A program made the translations under genes and the position numbers. A model generated the notes under the pieces. It saw nothing but the letters and a program-made list of their open reading frames with translations, was not told where the DNA came from and ran no database searches. Below are positions 38,949-40,292 of a stretch of 40,292 nt of DNA, one piece after another; position 1 is the first letter of the stretch, and the number at the start of each line of letters is the position of its first letter. Source of the stretch: Planctomycetota bacterium (GTDB lineage: Bacteria > Planctomycetota > Phycisphaerae > Phycisphaerales > Phycisphaeraceae); NCBI GenBank assembly GCA_039818285.1, contig JBCBUE010000028.1, forward strand, positions 1 through 40,292, written 5' to 3'.

Positions 38949-39130
38949 TCTAAAGCAAGAAGTCACAGAGGAACACTTTGTATTCCGGCAACAAGAGGCG
39001 CGTTGTGCCAAGGGTTCTCATCCAGTGTTAATTGATTCATATGATCTCTTTAATTTGATCAAGACCTGCCGTCAGTAGCTTAGACGGAGTGGCAGGATTT
39101 CAACTCACAACATTCCGCGGGAGACAAAGA

Positions 39131-39808
39131 ATGAAATGTCTAGTTATGGCTGCGTGCTGCGCCATGATCCTTCAGAGCGTGGGGGCGAGCCCTCTCTATT
39201 ACAGCAGCCAGGGAGCATTTTTAAGCGCGGTCACACCGACAGATTTTGATAGCTTTGAAGACCTCATTGATGAAGGTGCTCTGATCGATGAAGACGTTCA
39301 GATTTTTAACAGGGATGCTTTTGATTTAAGAGTCAGCGCCGATATTGCTGGCGGATTCGATATTCAGTCCAAGTCATCATCGACCGCGTTTGTGCAGGGT
39401 TTCAACATCGATGGCGACCGCAGGATTTCCTATCAAGCGATGGGTTCGCGTGGTGGATTTGTGTTTGATTTCACAACGGCTGTCACGGCTTTCGGCCTCA
39501 TTATCTCGGATGCGCCGGAGGTTCCTGATGGCACAGGCAATTTCGACCTTACCTTCACGGACAGCAACGGCGATTCGGTGATTGTCGCGACTGGTCCCGT
39601 AGCGAATGCCAGCGGTCTGTTTTTTGGTATTGAGAATGTACAAGCCCCGTTTACTTCAGGGAGTTTTAGCATTCCGGGTCTCGATGGCGTGGGCATCGAT
39701 GCGATTTACACCCGCGCGATTCCTGAGCCCGGGGCGGCCTTGGTATTCATTGCTACGGTGATGTTGACGTTTCGTCCTGGGCGTAGAGAAGATGCCGGGA
39801 TGATGTGA
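39131..39808 (+). CDS. PEP-CTERM sorting-domain secreted protein (low-GC)
   Basis: ATG at 39131 with GGGAGA upstream. Signal peptide MKCLVMAACCAMILQSVGASP. C-terminus ...AIPEPGAALVFIATVMLTFRPGRRE. GC content is ~50%, against ~70% for the rest of the window. Confidence 0.8.
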   Translation: MKCLVMAACCAMILQSVGASPLYYSSQGAFLSAVTPTDFDSFEDLIDEGALIDEDVQIFNRDAFDLRVSADIAGGFDIQSKSSSTAFVQGFNIDGDRRISYQAMGSRGGFVFDFTTAVTAFGLIISDAPEVPDGTGNFDLTFTDSNGDSVIVATGPVANASGLFFGIENVQAPFTSGSFSIPGLDGVGIDAIYTRAIPEPGAALVFIATVMLTFRPGRREDAGMM

Positions 39809-40292
39809 TCCCACGATTTTGTTTCGGCTGCACACTGAGGCGTGACGGCGACTTTGGGTTCTTCTTTGACTCGATGACTCAGCCTTCGATGCAAGCTTCG
39901 ATCTTGCTGGCTTGACAGTCGCGACCGGAGGCGGCGTTGCGAAGTTTGAGGTCTCCTAGTTCGATGCGTATGGTCGTTCGGCAGGTGAATCCGCGATGAC
40001 TCTGCGCCGCTGATGAGTTCGGCTGGGGTCTCAGTGTGGTTAGTGCAGGCGGGCGCGCACGTGGGGCGGTGGGCAGCGTGATTCGTGATGGTGTGTGTTT
40101 CAGGACGCGTGGCGTCGCGGCTGTGTTCAAAGTGGGCTTGGAGCAAAACTGACCGGTTGCCCCCGGCTGAAAGCCGGGGCTAACGGCAAGGTTTGTGCGC
40201 GCCGTTGATGCCGTTGATCCGGGGGTAGGAACACCTCGCTCATCCTGTGTGCTGACCCCCATGGCAGACACGCGTTGGCCGGGCACTCTGGC

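Noticed and set aside
39065-39096. Hairpin CCTGCCGTC…GACGG..GGCAGG downstream of gdhA as a terminator
   Set aside because: The stem is interrupted by a 5-nt bulge and only a weak ATTT follows. It is 117 nt from the gdhA stop. It may just be part of the AT-rich PEP-CTERM upstream region.

Overview
This is a high-GC (~70%) bacterial chromosomal window, almost certainly Planctomycetota. The lineage call rests on two PEP-CTERM proteins and a DUF1559-type pseudopilin with a GFSLIELLVV leader. Gene density is high on both strands, and many long antisense ORFs are GC-bias artefacts that I ignored. I saw no rRNA, tRNA, CRISPR array, transposase or integrase.

Coordinates of the recognisable genes:
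- an SPFH/HflK-C pair (1..2261, -)
- an ABC-2-like permease (2422..3492, +)
- tsaC/sua5 (4106..5113, -)
- an orphan ParA (5138..6064, -)
- a rhomboid protease (6708..7913, +)
- a PfkA-family phosphofructokinase (8027..9232, +)
- a GNAT acetyltransferase (9232..9696, +)
- an HTH(excisionase-type)-receiver regulator (9977..10555, +)
- ergothioneine genes egtB-egtD (10776..13156, -)
- a xylose-isomerase-like TIM-barrel enzyme (13280..14044, +)
- a minus-strand operon (14045..18094) of FKBP PPIase, an orphan family-5 SBP lipoprotein and two paralogous small membrane proteins
- gap (19593..20618, -)
- xseA and xseB (21855..23571, +)
- a tightly packed plus-strand run of a GxGD prepilin peptidase, an OmpA lipoprotein, hisH, a DUF89 protein and a pseudopilin (23568..28338, +)
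- a PgpH-like 7TM-HDIG phosphohydrolase (29170..31476, -)
- an NnrE-like epimerase (31601..32299, -)
- ispF translationally coupled to a sigma54-type NtrC regulator (32865..34720, -)
- mqnA coupled to an unusual multi-HTH sigma-like protein (34768..37163, +)
- gdhA (37644..38948, +)
- a low-GC PEP-CTERM gene at the end of the window (39131..39808, +).

The most notable points:
- egtD's conserved N-terminus is encoded upstream of its first canonical start codon.
- A response regulator has its DNA-binding domain N-terminal to the receiver, and is followed by an intrinsic terminator and a long TAGGCGC-based inverted repeat.
- A sigma-like protein has a region-4-like HTH placed before a region-2-like segment.
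- An 11-mer GCTACATTG(C/A)C occurs three times just upstream of genes.
- An AT-rich terminator-like hairpin sits in a divergent intergenic region.
- A compositionally atypical PEP-CTERM locus lies at the window's end.

One caveat on coordinates: around 14.9 kb my manual base counting disagreed by one base with the supplied ORF track. I took feature boundaries there from ORF-track arithmetic.
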